Shown piece after piece: positions 1 through 10,043 of a stretch of 64,000 nucleotides of DNA; positions within the stretch are counted from its first letter, which is position 1; each line of letters begins with the position of its first letter. The notes under the pieces were generated by a model that saw nothing but the letters and a program-made list of their open reading frames with translations, made no database searches and was not told the origin of the DNA. The DNA is taken from the NCBI GenBank assembly GCA_022822365.1, contig JAJEBV010000008.1, positions 169,524 through 233,523 on the forward strand, given 5' to 3'. This stretch comes from Thermoanaerobaculia bacterium. GTDB taxonomy: Bacteria; Acidobacteriota; Thermoanaerobaculia; Multivoradales; Multivoraceae. A program made the position numbers and the translations under genes.

Positions 1-855
1 GAGAATGTCGGTCGAGACGAGGGGGTCTTCCGAGTACTGGAGGATGCCAGCCAGATTCGACTCCGCCGCCGCCTCTGCCGCCGCGTTGACGGCCTCGGGA
101 GTCGGAGCGCCGCGCAGCCGGCAGGTCAGGTCGACGATCGAGCCGTCCGCCACCGGCACCCGCATCGCCATGCCGTCGAGCTTGCCGTTCAGGTGCGGAA
201 GCACCTTGCCGACGGCGCGCGCGGCGCCGGTCGTCGTCGGGATGATGTTGGCGGTCGCGGAGCGGCTGCGGCGCGGATCGCTGTGCGGCGAATCGACCAG
301 GCGCTGGCCATTCGTGTACGCGTGGACCGTCGTGATGAAGCCCTCCTCGAAACCGAAGGCGTCGTCCAGCGTCTTGGCGAGGGGCGCCAGGCAGTTCGTC
401 GTGCAGGAGGCGTTCGAGACGACCCGATGCTCCGGCCCGAGATCCCCGTCGTTGACTCCGAGCACGATCATGGCGTCGATCTCGTCCTTGGCGGGAACCG
501 TGAGGACCACGCGCGGAGCGCCCGCTTCGAGATGTAGCGCCACCTGGGCGCGCGTCCGGAACACGCCGGTCGATTCGACCGCGACATCGACGCCGAGGTC
601 GTTCCAGGGCAACCTGGACGGGTCCCGCTCCGCCGAGAGCCGGATTTCCCGGCCGCCGACCCGAAAGCCGTTCCCGGCAACCTCGACCGGTTGATCGAAG
701 ACGCCCTGCACCGTGTCGTAGCGCAGCAGATAGGCGAGGCGGTCCGCGTCGAACAGGTCGTTGATGCCGACGACCTCGACGTTCGGCCGGCCGGCGAGAA
801 TACGGAAGACGCTGCGGCCGATACGACCGAAGCCGTTGATCCCGACTCTGATCAT
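1..855 (-). CDS. gap: glyceraldehyde-3-phosphate dehydrogenase (type I); 3' end lies beyond the window start
   Basis: Minus-strand translation from ATG (revcomp of cat at 853-855) gives MIRVGINGFGRIGRSVFRILAGRPNVEVVGINDL. Revcomp of 361-420 gives VSNASCTTNCLAPLAKTLDD (catalytic Cys motif) and revcomp of 301-360 gives AFGFEEGFITTVHAYTNGQR (catalytic His motif). The start overlaps the stop of the upstream paralog (ATGA). The gene is absent from the ORF track because it runs off the window edge. Confidence 0.8.
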   Translation of the reverse strand, partial: MIRVGINGFGRIGRSVFRILAGRPNVEVVGINDLFDADRLAYLLRYDTVQGVFDQPVEVAGNGFRVGGREIRLSAERDPSRLPWNDLGVDVAVESTGVFRTRAQVALHLEAGAPRVVLTVPAKDEIDAMIVLGVNDGDLGPEHRVVSNASCTTNCLAPLAKTLDDAFGFEEGFITTVHAYTNGQRLVDSPHSDPRRSRSATANIIPTTTGAARAVGKVLPHLNGKLDGMAMRVPVADGSIVDLTCRLRGAPTPEAVNAAAEAAAESNLAGILQYSEDPLVSTDIL

Positions 856-1883
856 CAGGCCGCCCCCTTCGCGTCCGCCGCGCTATCGAGCACGGCCAGC
901 AGCTCCACGAGCCGGTGCAGGTAGCCCCAGCCGTTGTCGAACCAGGCGATCGTCTTGGACACGCGATCACCCAGAGTCATCGTCGCCTGGGAGTCGAAGA
1001 TGCAGGTCGCCCGGCTGCCCACGGTATCGGCGGAGACGATCGCCTCGCGCTCGAAGCGCAACCGACCGTTCCATTCGCCGTCGGCGGCAGCCGCCACCGC
1101 GTCGTTGACCGAGTCGACCGTCACCGGATCGCGGTGCCAGCAGACCAGGTCGACGACCGAACCGTTCGACACCGGCACGTCCATCGCCGACGCCGAGAGC
1201 TTGCCGTTCAACTCGGGCAGCACGGTCGCGAGTTCTTCGGCCGCTCCCGTCGCGGCGGGAATGATGTTCTCGCCCGCGGCCCGGCCCTTGCGAAGTTCCG
1301 GCGCCGGCACGTCGGCCAGCCTCGAACCCGCCCCATAGGCGCGAACCGAGCTGATGAACGCCTGTTCGACGCCAAAGGCCCCATCGAGGATGCGCAGCAA
1401 CGGCCCCGCGCAGTGCGCGGTGAACGAGCCGGCAGAGACGATGCGGTCCGACGGTTCGAGTTGATCCTCGTTCAGGCCGACGACGACCGTCCGGTCCAGT
1501 TCGCCGCCCGGCGGAGCGCAGAGCACGACACGCTCGGCGCCCGCCGCGAGATGCCCCTCGAGTTCGCTCCGCGTCGGCTGGCTGTCCCGGAAATCGACGA
1601 CCGTCGTGACACCCAGGTCGCCCCAGGGAGCCTCGCCCGCGCCCCCCGCAGGAACCACAGGCGCGCTGCAGCCGTTGATGCTCAGGCTGCCGTCGTCCAG
1701 AGCAACTTCGCCGTCGAAGCGCCACGGCAGGATCGAGAACTGCAGGAGATAGCGGAGCATCTCCGGGTCGGCGGTCTCGGCCACGGCCCCTATCTCGACT
1801 TCGGGCCGGTCCAGGGAAAGGCGAAACAGGCTCCGGCCAAGAAGTCCGAAGCCCTGGAGTCCAATGCGAGTCGTTGTCGTCAT
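855..1883 (-). CDS. divergent GAPDH-family dehydrogenase paralog; the GAPDH catalytic Cys is present but the catalytic His is replaced by Arg
   Basis: 342 aa. N-terminus RIGLQGFGLLGRSL corresponds to NGFGRIGR. SFTAHCAGPL corresponds to SCTTNCLAPL (Cys kept). SSVRAYG stands in place of TTVHAYT (His to Arg). The overall architecture is GAPDH-like and the gene sits in tandem with a canonical gap. Confidence 0.65.
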   Translation of the reverse strand: MTTTTRIGLQGFGLLGRSLFRLSLDRPEVEIGAVAETADPEMLRYLLQFSILPWRFDGEVALDDGSLSINGCSAPVVPAGGAGEAPWGDLGVTTVVDFRDSQPTRSELEGHLAAGAERVVLCAPPGGELDRTVVVGLNEDQLEPSDRIVSAGSFTAHCAGPLLRILDGAFGVEQAFISSVRAYGAGSRLADVPAPELRKGRAAGENIIPAATGAAEELATVLPELNGKLSASAMDVPVSNGSVVDLVCWHRDPVTVDSVNDAVAAAADGEWNGRLRFEREAIVSADTVGSRATCIFDSQATMTLGDRVSKTIAWFDNGWGYLHRLVELLAVLDSAADAKGAA

Positions 1884-1958
1884 TCGGGTCTGAGAGTAGT
1901 GAACGGGTGGGAAGAAGCGGTCAACAGGCGGGCGCAGGATAACCGACCAGGAGAGGCC

Positions 1959-3257
1959 TCAACTCACCCCCTGTGCGGAGGCCAGGATCTCCATCGTGTG
2001 GCGGACCGGAACCCCGCTGCCGAGGCGCCGCAGGTGACTCTCGATCTGGGTCAGGCAGCCGATGTTGCCGGTAGCGATCACGTCCGGTTCGCCTTCCAGC
2101 AACGTCTCCGCCTTGCGTCGTCCCAACCGGGCCGCGAGTTCGGGTTCCTCCAGGTTGTAGATCCCCGCCGAACCGCAGCAGATCTGCCAGTCGCGGGACT
2201 CGACCAGGGTCAGGTTGGGCACGCCGGCCAGCAGTCGCCGCGGCGCCGTCCGCTCTCGCTGGGCGTGAGCGAGGTGGCAGGCATCGTGGTAGACGACGCG
2301 CAGCGGCTCCGGTAGCGGCCGCGGTGCCCCGGTTTCGAGGGCGGCCAGGAAGGTGGACACGTCGCGCACCTTGGCGGCCAGGGCACGGGCGGCTTTCTCC
2401 TCGGACCGTCCCGCGAACAGGAGGCCGTACTCCTTCAGGCCCGAGCCGCAGCCCGCCGCGTTGGTCAGCACCGCGTCGACGTCCGCCAGCAAACCATCTG
2501 GACGGAAAATCCGGACCAGGGCGCCGGCCGATGCCCGGGCGCGCCGGGCATCGCCGGCGTGAAAGGCCAGGGAGCCGCAGCACGCTTCCTCCCCGGGAAC
2601 GACGACCTCGACGCCGCGACGGGTGAGCACCTCGATCGTCGCCTGGTGGATGCGCGGCGCCAGGACCTGCTGCGCGCAGCCGGCCAGGAGCGCAACCCGG
2701 GCGCGCCGCTCGCCCACCGCCGGAAACGTCCCGAACTGGACCTCGGCCCGGTCCGCGGACCGAGGCAGCAGGTCGAGCGGGGCGGTGAGCCGGGCTGGCA
2801 ACAGTGCGCGCAGCAACCCGCGGAGTGGCGTAGCCATGCGGCCCAGGCGCAGCATCCAGCGCAACCGGGAGGGGCTCGCCAGACTGTCCAGCATCAGACC
2901 ACGCCAGAAGCGGTCGAATCCCGAACGGCGACGGCTGCGCTCGGCGAGTTCGCGGAAGGGCATCAGCAGCTCGCCGTACTCGACGCCGGAAGGACAGGCG
3001 GTCACGCAGGACATGCAGCCGAGGCAGGGATCGATGTGCCCCAGCGCCTCTTCCAGGTCGAGGTTGCCCTCGAGCACCTCCTTCATCAGCACGATGCGGC
3101 CGCGCGGCGAGTCCATCTCCTCGCCGAGTTCGACGTAGGTCGGGCAGGCCGGCAGGCAGAAACCGCAGTGGACGCAGGCCGAAACCGCTTCCGCCATCGG
3201 TGCGGCCGCGGCGCCGATCTCCGTTCGCAGCGCGTCCAACTCGATCGCGTGCTGCAT
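1959..3257 (-). CDS. glcF: glycolate oxidase iron-sulfur subunit GlcF-like (Fe-S oxidoreductase with CCG domains)
   Basis: 432 aa. Two 4Fe-4S ferredoxin motifs (CVHCGFCLPACP, CLGCMSCVTACP) and cysteine-rich CCG motifs (CCGSLAFHAG, CCGSAGIYNL). Confidence 0.75.
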   Translation of the reverse strand: MQHAIELDALRTEIGAAAAPMAEAVSACVHCGFCLPACPTYVELGEEMDSPRGRIVLMKEVLEGNLDLEEALGHIDPCLGCMSCVTACPSGVEYGELLMPFRELAERSRRRSGFDRFWRGLMLDSLASPSRLRWMLRLGRMATPLRGLLRALLPARLTAPLDLLPRSADRAEVQFGTFPAVGERRARVALLAGCAQQVLAPRIHQATIEVLTRRGVEVVVPGEEACCGSLAFHAGDARRARASAGALVRIFRPDGLLADVDAVLTNAAGCGSGLKEYGLLFAGRSEEKAARALAAKVRDVSTFLAALETGAPRPLPEPLRVVYHDACHLAHAQRERTAPRRLLAGVPNLTLVESRDWQICCGSAGIYNLEEPELAARLGRRKAETLLEGEPDVIATGNIGCLTQIESHLRRLGSGVPVRHTMEILASAQGVS

Positions 3258-3295
3258 TGGCCGGAGCGTAGCGCAGCAGTGGAGTGCGGAATCAC

Positions 3296-3338
3296 GCCGC
3301 CTGCGGCGGCAGCGGGTCAGAGGACCCGCGCACCCAGA
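3296..3338. repeat. 43-nt double-hairpin repeat, copy A (variant)
   Basis: cgccgccTGcggcggcagcgggtcagaGgacccgcgcacccag. Two stem-loops (GCCGCC/GGCGGC and GCGGGTC/GACCCGC). Lies intergenic between aceB and glcF. Confidence 0.7.
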
Positions 3339-3364
3339 GGACGGCCCCGGTGGAGGGGAGCGCT

Positions 3365-4936
3365 CTAGATGTGCTGGTACGCCTGCAGGGTCAGGAACTC
3401 CTGGAACTCGGAGCCAAGCACCAGGTCGTCGAGCAGTTCCACCGCGAGGCCGTAGCGGCTGGCTTCGCGGCCGCCGAGCTGGCTCAGCTCTTCGTCACGC
3501 ACCTGCTCGTAGAGCTCCGCCGTGACCTGTTCGCCGTTGTCCATCCGCGCGTTGCGATGGACCCACTGCCAGAGCTGGGCGCGGGCGATCTCGGCGGTCG
3601 CCGCGTCCTCCATCAGGTTGTTGATTGCCGCCGCGCCGTTGCCGTTGAGCCAGGAGTTCATGTACTGAAGCCCCACCGAGACGTTGTTGCGCAGCCCCTG
3701 CTCGGTCAGCGAACCGCCGGGCACGTTCAGGTCGATCAGGCTGCGGGGCTCGATGGAGACGTCCTCGCGCAGCCGCTCCTTCTGGTTGGGGCGGCCTTCC
3801 ATCTTCGTGGAGAACACTTCCAGGGCGATCGGCACCAGGTCCGGATGGGCCACCCAACTGCCGTCGAAACCGTCGCCGGCCTCGCGCTCCTTGTCGGCGC
3901 GGACCGCCTTGAGCGCCGTCGCGTTGACTTCCGGGTCGCGCCGGCTGGGGATGAAGGCCGCCATGCCGCCGATCGCGTGCGCACCGCGACTGTGGCAGGT
4001 GCGGACCAGGAGCTCGGTGTAGGAGCGCATGAAGGGAACGGTCATCGTGATCTGGCCGCGGTCGGGCAGCACCAGGTCCTCGCGGAACGCGAACTTCTTG
4101 ATCGCGCTGAAGATGTAGTCCCAGCGGCCGGCGTTGAGCCCCGCCGAGTGGTCGCGCAGCTCGTAGAGGATCTCCTCCATCTCGAAGGCGGCCAGAATCG
4201 TCTCGATCAGCACCGTGGCGCGGACGCTGCCCTGCGGCACGCCGAGCGCATCCTGGGCGGCAACGAAGATGTCGTTCCAGAGCCGCGCCTCGTGACGGTT
4301 CTCCAGCTTCGGCAGATAGAAGTAGGGACCGCTGCCGCGGCCCAGCGCTTCCTTCGCGCTGTGGAAGAAGTAGAGGCCGAAGTCGAAGATGCCGGCCGAG
4401 ACAGGGCGGCCGTCGATCAGCGCGTTCTTCTCGATCAGGTGCCAGCCGCGCGGGCGCACCAGCAGGGTCGCGATCTCGTCCTTGAGGCGGTACTCCTTGC
4501 CGTTGCCGGGGTTCGTGAACTCCAACTGGCGCCGCACGGCGTCGTAGAGGTTCTGCTGGCCCTCGATCACGTTGCGCCAACTCGGACTGAGCGCGTCCTC
4601 GATGTCGGCCATGAAGACCTTCGCGCCGGAGTTCAGCGCGTTGATCATCATCTTGCGGTCGACGGGGCCGGTGATCTCGGCCCAGCGGCAGTTCAGATCC
4701 GCCGGCGTGGGCGCGACCTTCCAGTCGCCGTCCCGGACTTCCTGCGTCTCGGACGGGAACGTCGGATCCTCGCCGGCCTGGATGCGGGCGTGACGGTCGA
4801 CCCGGTCCTGGAGCAACTGAACCCGGCGTTCTTCGAACTGCCTGCAAAGGTCGCCCGCGAACTCGAGCGCCTCCGGGGTCAGAATGTGCTCCGCCGCCTC
4901 GAAGTCCCGCGGTCCGGTGATCTCGATCCCACTCAT
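3365..4936 (-). CDS. aceB: malate synthase A
   Basis: 523 aa. Full-length malate synthase A architecture; the ~523 aa length and conserved blocks (for example [12 protein letters not shown]) are consistent with AceB. Co-oriented with glcF in a glyoxylate-related context. Confidence 0.9.
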   Translation of the reverse strand: MSGIEITGPRDFEAAEHILTPEALEFAGDLCRQFEERRVQLLQDRVDRHARIQAGEDPTFPSETQEVRDGDWKVAPTPADLNCRWAEITGPVDRKMMINALNSGAKVFMADIEDALSPSWRNVIEGQQNLYDAVRRQLEFTNPGNGKEYRLKDEIATLLVRPRGWHLIEKNALIDGRPVSAGIFDFGLYFFHSAKEALGRGSGPYFYLPKLENRHEARLWNDIFVAAQDALGVPQGSVRATVLIETILAAFEMEEILYELRDHSAGLNAGRWDYIFSAIKKFAFREDLVLPDRGQITMTVPFMRSYTELLVRTCHSRGAHAIGGMAAFIPSRRDPEVNATALKAVRADKEREAGDGFDGSWVAHPDLVPIALEVFSTKMEGRPNQKERLREDVSIEPRSLIDLNVPGGSLTEQGLRNNVSVGLQYMNSWLNGNGAAAINNLMEDAATAEIARAQLWQWVHRNARMDNGEQVTAELYEQVRDEELSQLGGREASRYGLAVELLDDLVLGSEFQEFLTLQAYQHI

Positions 4937-5156
4937 GCTGCCGTCTCCCCTAAGGGCCGGCCTGTCGCCGGCGTCTCGTTTCCCTTAACTGCTGCAACCT
5001 GCCCAACCAGGACGCGTAGACCTGTCTGGCGAAGCGGCGGCAGCTTAGCGGAAGCGCCGGCGCCTCCCTCGAATGCCGCCCGGCCAACCGGTGAACGTGA
5101 GACAATGCCGCGGCGCTGCTCGCCCCGGAGCGAGGCGCCCCGACCGGAGGTTCCCA

Positions 5157-8100
5157 ATGATCGTCACCCGTCAGTTCCAGCGCGCGACGCGATGCGGCGT
5201 CGCTCTGCTTGCGCTCGCGACCATTCCGACGGCGACCCTCGCCCAGGCCGGCGAGCCCACCAGACTCCTGCGATTCCCCGACCTCTCGGGCGATCGGGTC
5301 GCGTTCACGTACGCGGGCGACATCTGGCTCGCGCCTGCAGCCGGTGGCACGGCGACCCGCCTCACCTCGCACCCGGGTCTGGAGCTGTTCGCCAAGTTCT
5401 CGCCGGACGGCCAGTGGATCGCCTTCACCGGCCAGTACGACGGCGACGAACAGGTGTACGTCGTGCCGACCGCCGGCGGCGCGCCGCGACAACTGACCTA
5501 CTACCCGGCCGCCGGACCGCTGGCGCCGCGCTGGGGCTACGACTACCAGGTCTACGGCTGGTCCCCCGACGGCAAGTCCGTGCTGTTCCGGTCTCTCCGC
5601 GACGGCTGGGACCTCGGCGACACGAAGCTGTTCCTGGTCGACGTCTCCGGCGGCCTGCCGCGGGCGCTGCCGATGCCCGAGTCGGGCGGCGGCGATCTCT
5701 CGCCGGACGGCAAGCGCGTCGTCTACTCGCCGGTGACCCGGGACTTCCGGCACTGGAAGCGCTACGAGGGCGGCTGGGCGCAGGACCTCTGGATCCTCGA
5801 CATCGAGAGCCTGGAGTCGATCCAGGTCACGAACCACAAGCGCTCCGACCGCGACCCGATGTGGATCGGCGACACGATCTACTTCTCGTCCGACCGTGAC
5901 GGCACACTGAACCTCTACGCCTACGACACGGCCTCGGGCGACATCGAGCAGCTCACCGAAGAGGACCGCTGGGACGTCCGCTGGCCCAGCGCGGACAAGG
6001 TGAACGGGCGGATCGTCTACGAGAAAGCCGGCTCGCTCGAGATCTTCGACACCGCCTCCGGCAGCGCGAGCGCCGTCCCCGTGCACGTGCCGACGGACCA
6101 GCTCGCCCGCCGGCCGAGCCGGGTCTCGGCGTCGAACCGGGTCTCCGGCTACTCCCTCAGCCCGAAAGCCAAGCGCGCGGCCTTCTCCGCCCGCGGCGAC
6201 ATCTTCAGCGTGCCGGTCGAGCACGGACCGACCCGCAACCTGACCCACAGCTCGGGCGCCAACGACCGCGGCCCCGCCTGGTCGCCCGACGGCCGGCGGA
6301 TCGCCTTCACCTCCGATCGCAGCGGAGAAACCGAGATCTGGGTGGTGGACCAGGACGGCAGCGGCGAACCGGTGCAACTCACCGAGGGCAGCGTCGGCCG
6401 CCACTACAACAACCTGCTCTGGGCGCCAGACAGCGACCGCATCGCCTTCATCGACCAGCAGGGACGGCTGGGCATCGTCGACGCGAGCGATCGGAGCGGC
6501 GACGGCGCCGCGACCGGCCCGCGGGAGGTCATCGAGGTCGCCGACGACTCCCGGCCCTTCGGCACCAGCTACGACTGGTCGCCGAAAGGGGACTACCTGG
6601 CGGTCGAACTCGGCGACCCGAACGAGTTCGGCTCGATCCACCTGTTCGAGGTCGAGAGCCGGACGCTCACCCGCGTGACGTCCGAGATGTGGAATGACTT
6701 CTTCCCCGTCTTCGGCGCGGGCGGGGACTATCTCTTCTTCCTCTCCGACCGGCAGTTCCAGCCGCAGATCGGCAGCTTCGAGTACAACTACGCCGCGGAT
6801 CGCGAGACGTACATCTACGCGCTCGCCCTGCGCGAGGACACGGCGCATCCTTTCCCGCCGCGAAGCGACGAGGTCGAGATCGAGGAAGAAGAGGAAGACG
6901 GCGACGCGGAAGGCGAGGAGAACGGCGACGGCGGCAAGGAGCACGACAGCGACGACGACAGTGAAGACGACGAGGACGGGAAGGACGGCGACCGGATCGA
7001 CCTCGACGGCATCGCGGCGCGCGTGGCCCGCGTTCCGGTCGACGCCGACAACTACTTCGGCCTCGGCGCGGCCGAAGGCAAGCTGCTCTACGTGCGTGGC
7101 GGCGCCGGCTACCTGGGCCGCTCCTCCGACGTCCAGACCGAGGTCTTCTCCTACGACCTCGACAAGCGCGAGAGCAAGAGCCTGGCCAAGGGCATCGGCG
7201 GCCTGGTCCTCTCCGGCGACCGCAGGAAACTGCTGGTCAGCGAGCGCGGCAGCTACCGGCTCCTCGACGTTGGCGGCGGCGAGGCGAAGACCATCTCCCT
7301 CGCCGGCCTGACCGTCGACCGCGTGCCGGACGAGGAATGGGCCCAGATCTTCGACGAGGTCTGGCGGCGTTTCCGGGACTTCTTCTACGCCCCGAACATG
7401 CACGGCTACGATTGGGAGGCGCTGCGCGAGCAGTACCGCCCCCTGCTCGCGCACGTCGGCCATCGCAGCGACCTGAACTACCTGATGAGCGAGATGGTCG
7501 CCGAGCTGAACGTGTCCCACGCCTACGTCAGCGGCGGCGACTGGGAGGCGCCCGACCGGCCGCGCGCCGCCCTGCTCGGCGCCCGTTTCGAACTCGACGA
7601 GGATGCCGGCCGCTACCGGATCGCCCGCATCTTCGAGGGCCAGAACGAGGAGCCCCGCTACCGCTCGCCGCTGACCGAGATCGGCGTCGGCATCGACGCG
7701 GGCGACTACCTGTTCGCGATCCAGGGCCGCGAGCTGACGCCGGACACGAACCCCTTCCAGCTCCTGCGCGAGGCCGGGCGGGGACCCCTGGAGCTGACCG
7801 TCGGTTCGACCGCCGACCGCGGCGAGGCGAGGAACGTCCTCGTCGATCCAATCGCGAACGAGGACGCGCTGATCTATCTCGCCTGGACCGAACGCGCCCG
7901 CGGCATCGTCGAGGAGCTCGGCGGCGGCCGGATCGGCTACCTCCACATCCCCGACATGTCGGCGAGCGGCATCCGGGAGTGGATCAAGTGGTACTACGGC
8001 CAGGTCCGCAAGGACGCCATGGTCGTCGACGTCCGCTCGAACGGCGGTGGCAACGTGTCGCCGATGATCATCGAGCGGCTGCGGCGCGAGACGCTGATGC

Positions 8101-8534
8101 TCGACTTCGAGCGCAACCGCGACTCCGTCGACACCTCGCCCGGCGGCGTCTTCCACGGCCACCTCGTCTGCGTGATCGACGAGGACACCGCCTCGGACGG
8201 CGACCAGTTCGCGTACCAGTTCCGCCGAGCCGGGCTGGGACCGATCGTCGGCAAGCGGAGCTGGGGCGGCGTCGTCGGCATCTACGGCCGGGCGCCGCTC
8301 ATCGACGGCGGTTCCGTCAACGTGCCCGAGGCCGGCTCCGCCGACCCGGAGGGCAACTGGGTGATCGAGGGGTACGGCGTCGACCCGGACATCGAGGTCA
8401 CGAACCTGCCCCGGGACATTCTCGAAGGACGGGACCCGCAACTCGCGAAAGCCGTCGAGCTCCTGCTCGAGAAGCTCGACGAAGATCCTCGGACGCTTCC
8501 GGGAAGACCCGCCGACCCGATCAAGACCCCGTAA
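5157..8534 (+). CDS. tricorn protease homolog (beta-propeller plus S41 peptidase) with an internal acidic low-complexity insertion
   Basis: The track ORF 5073..8534 has an internal ATG at 5157 (MIVTRQFQ...). The signal peptide LLALATIPTATLAQA is followed by repeated PDG-x-IAF propeller blocks and a C-terminal S41 core (VVDVRSNGGGN). A Glu/Asp-rich insert lies at about 6865-7000. Confidence 0.85.
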   Translation: MIVTRQFQRATRCGVALLALATIPTATLAQAGEPTRLLRFPDLSGDRVAFTYAGDIWLAPAAGGTATRLTSHPGLELFAKFSPDGQWIAFTGQYDGDEQVYVVPTAGGAPRQLTYYPAAGPLAPRWGYDYQVYGWSPDGKSVLFRSLRDGWDLGDTKLFLVDVSGGLPRALPMPESGGGDLSPDGKRVVYSPVTRDFRHWKRYEGGWAQDLWILDIESLESIQVTNHKRSDRDPMWIGDTIYFSSDRDGTLNLYAYDTASGDIEQLTEEDRWDVRWPSADKVNGRIVYEKAGSLEIFDTASGSASAVPVHVPTDQLARRPSRVSASNRVSGYSLSPKAKRAAFSARGDIFSVPVEHGPTRNLTHSSGANDRGPAWSPDGRRIAFTSDRSGETEIWVVDQDGSGEPVQLTEGSVGRHYNNLLWAPDSDRIAFIDQQGRLGIVDASDRSGDGAATGPREVIEVADDSRPFGTSYDWSPKGDYLAVELGDPNEFGSIHLFEVESRTLTRVTSEMWNDFFPVFGAGGDYLFFLSDRQFQPQIGSFEYNYAADRETYIYALALREDTAHPFPPRSDEVEIEEEEEDGDAEGEENGDGGKEHDSDDDSEDDEDGKDGDRIDLDGIAARVARVPVDADNYFGLGAAEGKLLYVRGGAGYLGRSSDVQTEVFSYDLDKRESKSLAKGIGGLVLSGDRRKLLVSERGSYRLLDVGGGEAKTISLAGLTVDRVPDEEWAQIFDEVWRRFRDFFYAPNMHGYDWEALREQYRPLLAHVGHRSDLNYLMSEMVAELNVSHAYVSGGDWEAPDRPRAALLGARFELDEDAGRYRIARIFEGQNEEPRYRSPLTEIGVGIDAGDYLFAIQGRELTPDTNPFQLLREAGRGPLELTVGSTADRGEARNVLVDPIANEDALIYLAWTERARGIVEELGGGRIGYLHIPDMSASGIREWIKWYYGQVRKDAMVVDVRSNGGGNVSPMIIERLRRETLMLDFERNRDSVDTSPGGVFHGHLVCVIDEDTASDGDQFAYQFRRAGLGPIVGKRSWGGVVGIYGRAPLIDGGSVNVPEAGSADPEGNWVIEGYGVDPDIEVTNLPRDILEGRDPQLAKAVELLLEKLDEDPRTLPGRPADPIKTP

Positions 8535-8554
8535 CATCCACGAACGAAACGCCT

Positions 8555-8618
8555 CCGCCACTGGGTGCGCCGGCGCCCCCGCCGGCACCAGGCGCGATGC
8601 CGCGAAGCGGCGAGCCCG
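8555..8618. repeat. ~65-nt GC-rich repeat, intergenic copy
   Basis: ccactgggtgcgccggcgcccccgccggcaccaggcgcgatgccgcgaagcggcgagcccga. Lies between the tricorn stop and the PQQ-protein start. Contains the hairpin GCCGGCG-CCC-CGCCGGC. A second copy lies at 18825-18888 inside the MTase CDS. Confidence 0.7.
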
Positions 8619-8643
8619 AGCCAATCCCATTCAGGAGAATCCC

Positions 8644-10029
8644 GTGTCGAAAAGCCTCGAATACCTCCTCGCCGCGACCCTTGCAGCAGCGCCCGTAGCT
8701 GCCGCCGACTCGAACGAAGCCAACGACTGGCCCGGCTTCCGTGGCGCCGACGGCAGCGGCATCGCCCGTTCCGGTCCCGGCCCGGCGGCCGACCTCGACC
8801 TCGATCGCAACCTGCTCTGGAAGGCGAAGGTCGAGGGCCGCGGCCACTCCTCGCCCGTGGTCGCGGACGGCAGAGTGTTCCTGACTACGGCGATCGTGGG
8901 CGACGTCATTCCGGGCGCGGGACCGCCCGAGCACACCTTCGCGGGTCAGCCGTTCACGCATCCCCAGTCCGTCGACGGAAACCGCCATCACACGATGAGG
9001 GTGATCGCCCTGGACGCCGACCAGGGCGACCTGCTCTGGTCCCACACGGCCTACGCGGGCCGCGTCTTCGACGACCGCCACTCCGAATCGTCCTACGCCT
9101 CGCCCACGCCGGTCACCGACGGCGAGCGGGTCTACGCCTACTTCGGTTCCGAGGGCGTCTACGCCTACACGGTCGACGGGGAGCCGGTCTGGGAGCGCGA
9201 CATCGGCGACATCAAGACGGTCGGCCTCGGCGTCGGCACCTCGCCCGTGCTCCACGACGGCCTGCTGATCATCCTGGCCGACGAGGACAGCGGCGACGAC
9301 TCCTTCATCGTCGCGCTCGACGCGGCGACCGGCGAAGAGGTCTGGAAGCGCGACCGGCCGGTGCAGGCGAGCTGGGCGACACCCGTCCTCGCCGAACACG
9401 ATGGCCAGCAGCAACTGCTCACCAGCGGCAACGAACTGGTCATCGCCTACGACCCCGCCGACGGAAGCGAGCTCTGGCGTGCGAAAGGCCTGGAGAACAA
9501 CGCGATCCACATCCCGATGATCGTTGACGATCTGGCCGTCTTCACTTCCGGCTACCCGGCCAAGATCTCGTTCGCGATCCGGCTCGACAGTCGCGGAGAC
9601 CTGACAGGCAGCGACGACGCGCGGGTCTGGACCTACCGCAAGGGCACCGGCTACGTGCCCTCGAACCTCCTCTACGACGGCCTCCTCTACCTGACCAACG
9701 ACGGCGGCGTGATCACGTGCCTCGACGCGCGCACCGGCGAAGTCGTCTACGAGGGCGGCCGGCTGCCGATCCGCGGACGCTACTCCGCTTCCATGGTCGG
9801 CGGCGGCGGCCGCATCCTGATGGTCAACACCGACGGCGACGCGGCGCTCTTCCGCGCCGGCCGCGAGCACGAGGTGCTCGGTAGCTTCTCGGTCGGCGAG
9901 TCGGTCTGGGCGACTCCCGCCATCGCCGGGGACCGGCTCTACATCCGTGGACGGGAGCACCTGTTCGCGTTCGGACCCGCCTCTGGAGAGGGCGCCACGG
10001 CAACGGGGAGCGGCAGCGACGCGCTATGA
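8644..10029 (+). CDS. secreted PQQ-repeat beta-propeller protein (BamB-like fold)
   Basis: 461 aa, GTG start. Signal peptide LLAATLAAAPVAAA. Repeated propeller blades of the form GS-ELWR / D-G--LW. Confidence 0.6.
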   Translation: MSKSLEYLLAATLAAAPVAAADSNEANDWPGFRGADGSGIARSGPGPAADLDLDRNLLWKAKVEGRGHSSPVVADGRVFLTTAIVGDVIPGAGPPEHTFAGQPFTHPQSVDGNRHHTMRVIALDADQGDLLWSHTAYAGRVFDDRHSESSYASPTPVTDGERVYAYFGSEGVYAYTVDGEPVWERDIGDIKTVGLGVGTSPVLHDGLLIILADEDSGDDSFIVALDAATGEEVWKRDRPVQASWATPVLAEHDGQQQLLTSGNELVIAYDPADGSELWRAKGLENNAIHIPMIVDDLAVFTSGYPAKISFAIRLDSRGDLTGSDDARVWTYRKGTGYVPSNLLYDGLLYLTNDGGVITCLDARTGEVVYEGGRLPIRGRYSASMVGGGGRILMVNTDGDAALFRAGREHEVLGSFSVGESVWATPAIAGDRLYIRGREHLFAFGPASGEGATATGSGSDAL

Positions 10030-10043
10030 TCTGACGGCGCGAT

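Noticed and set aside
3284-5899. 871-aa plus-strand ORF
   Set aside because: It is antisense to malate synthase, which is a strongly supported gene. Its N-terminus is generated by the double-hairpin repeat.
4950-8630. 1226-aa minus-strand ORF
   Set aside because: It is antisense to the tricorn protease gene. The Arg/Ala/Gly-rich composition is typical of spurious ORFs in 70% GC DNA, and it carries no motifs.
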